64,000 bases of DNA from Carcharhinus longimanus (lineage: Eukaryota), in NCBI GenBank assembly GCA_030264375.1, contig JASCQW010000156.1, positions 23,974,887 through 24,038,886 on the forward strand, given 5' to 3'. Made by a program: the position numbers and the translations under genes. The notes beneath the pieces were generated by a model, which did no database searches, was not told the DNA's origin, and was given only the letters and a program-made list of their open reading frames with translations. Positions 63,701 to 64,000 of this stretch are shown here, in pieces; position 1 is the stretch's first letter; each line of letters starts with the position of its first letter.

Positions 63701-64000
63701 ATATAGATGAAGTAGTAATAAATTCATACAAAACATTGGTTAGACCACTGTTGGAGTAATGGTTGCATTTTGGGAATCTCATTCAAGTCACAGAAAACAT
63801 AGTCTAGGCAAATAGCAGGTTAATGCTAGGAATGGAAGACTAGTTCTGTGAAGAGATTTGCGGTGCTGTCTATTTCCACTGGAGTAAGAAGGTTAAGAGT
63901 AGATTTAACTAAGCTTTTTAAAATAATAATAAAAAGTAGGAATGGAAACTTTACCATAGGGATTGATTGAGACTAGAACCATTGCATCCATTTAAGCGAA
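63701..64000 (+). mobile_element. Old CR1 fragment
   Basis: ACATTGGTTAGACCACTGTTGGAG (TLVRPLLE) and AGAAGGTTAAGAGTAGATTTA remnants. Confidence 0.7.

Overview
Repeat-rich vertebrate genomic DNA with several N gaps. The repeat content (V-domain/HE1-like tRNA SINEs, Deu-domain SINEs, CR1/HER1-like, L2-like and Rex1/Babar-like LINE fragments) points to a cartilaginous fish, most likely a shark. No intact protein-coding gene can be named. The clearest genic feature is a CpG-island promoter at about 13.0-13.75 kb with a probable non-coding first exon and a perfect splice donor (AGG|GTGAGT, GT at 13405). The rest of the window looks like one intron of more than 50 kb on the + strand. Two possible last exons of an upstream + strand gene lie at 4384-4432 and 5018-5426 (low confidence). 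The most notable signal is two families of short elements carrying minimal hammerhead-ribozyme motifs of the type known from Penelope-like retroelements. Several copies are head-to-head palindromes, the family 1 palindromes appear to share one inversion point, and three family 1 insertions have clean 13-15 bp target-site duplications. All hammerhead copies here are decayed. Repeat family names come from recalled consensus motifs, not from a database search, and boundaries are approximate.
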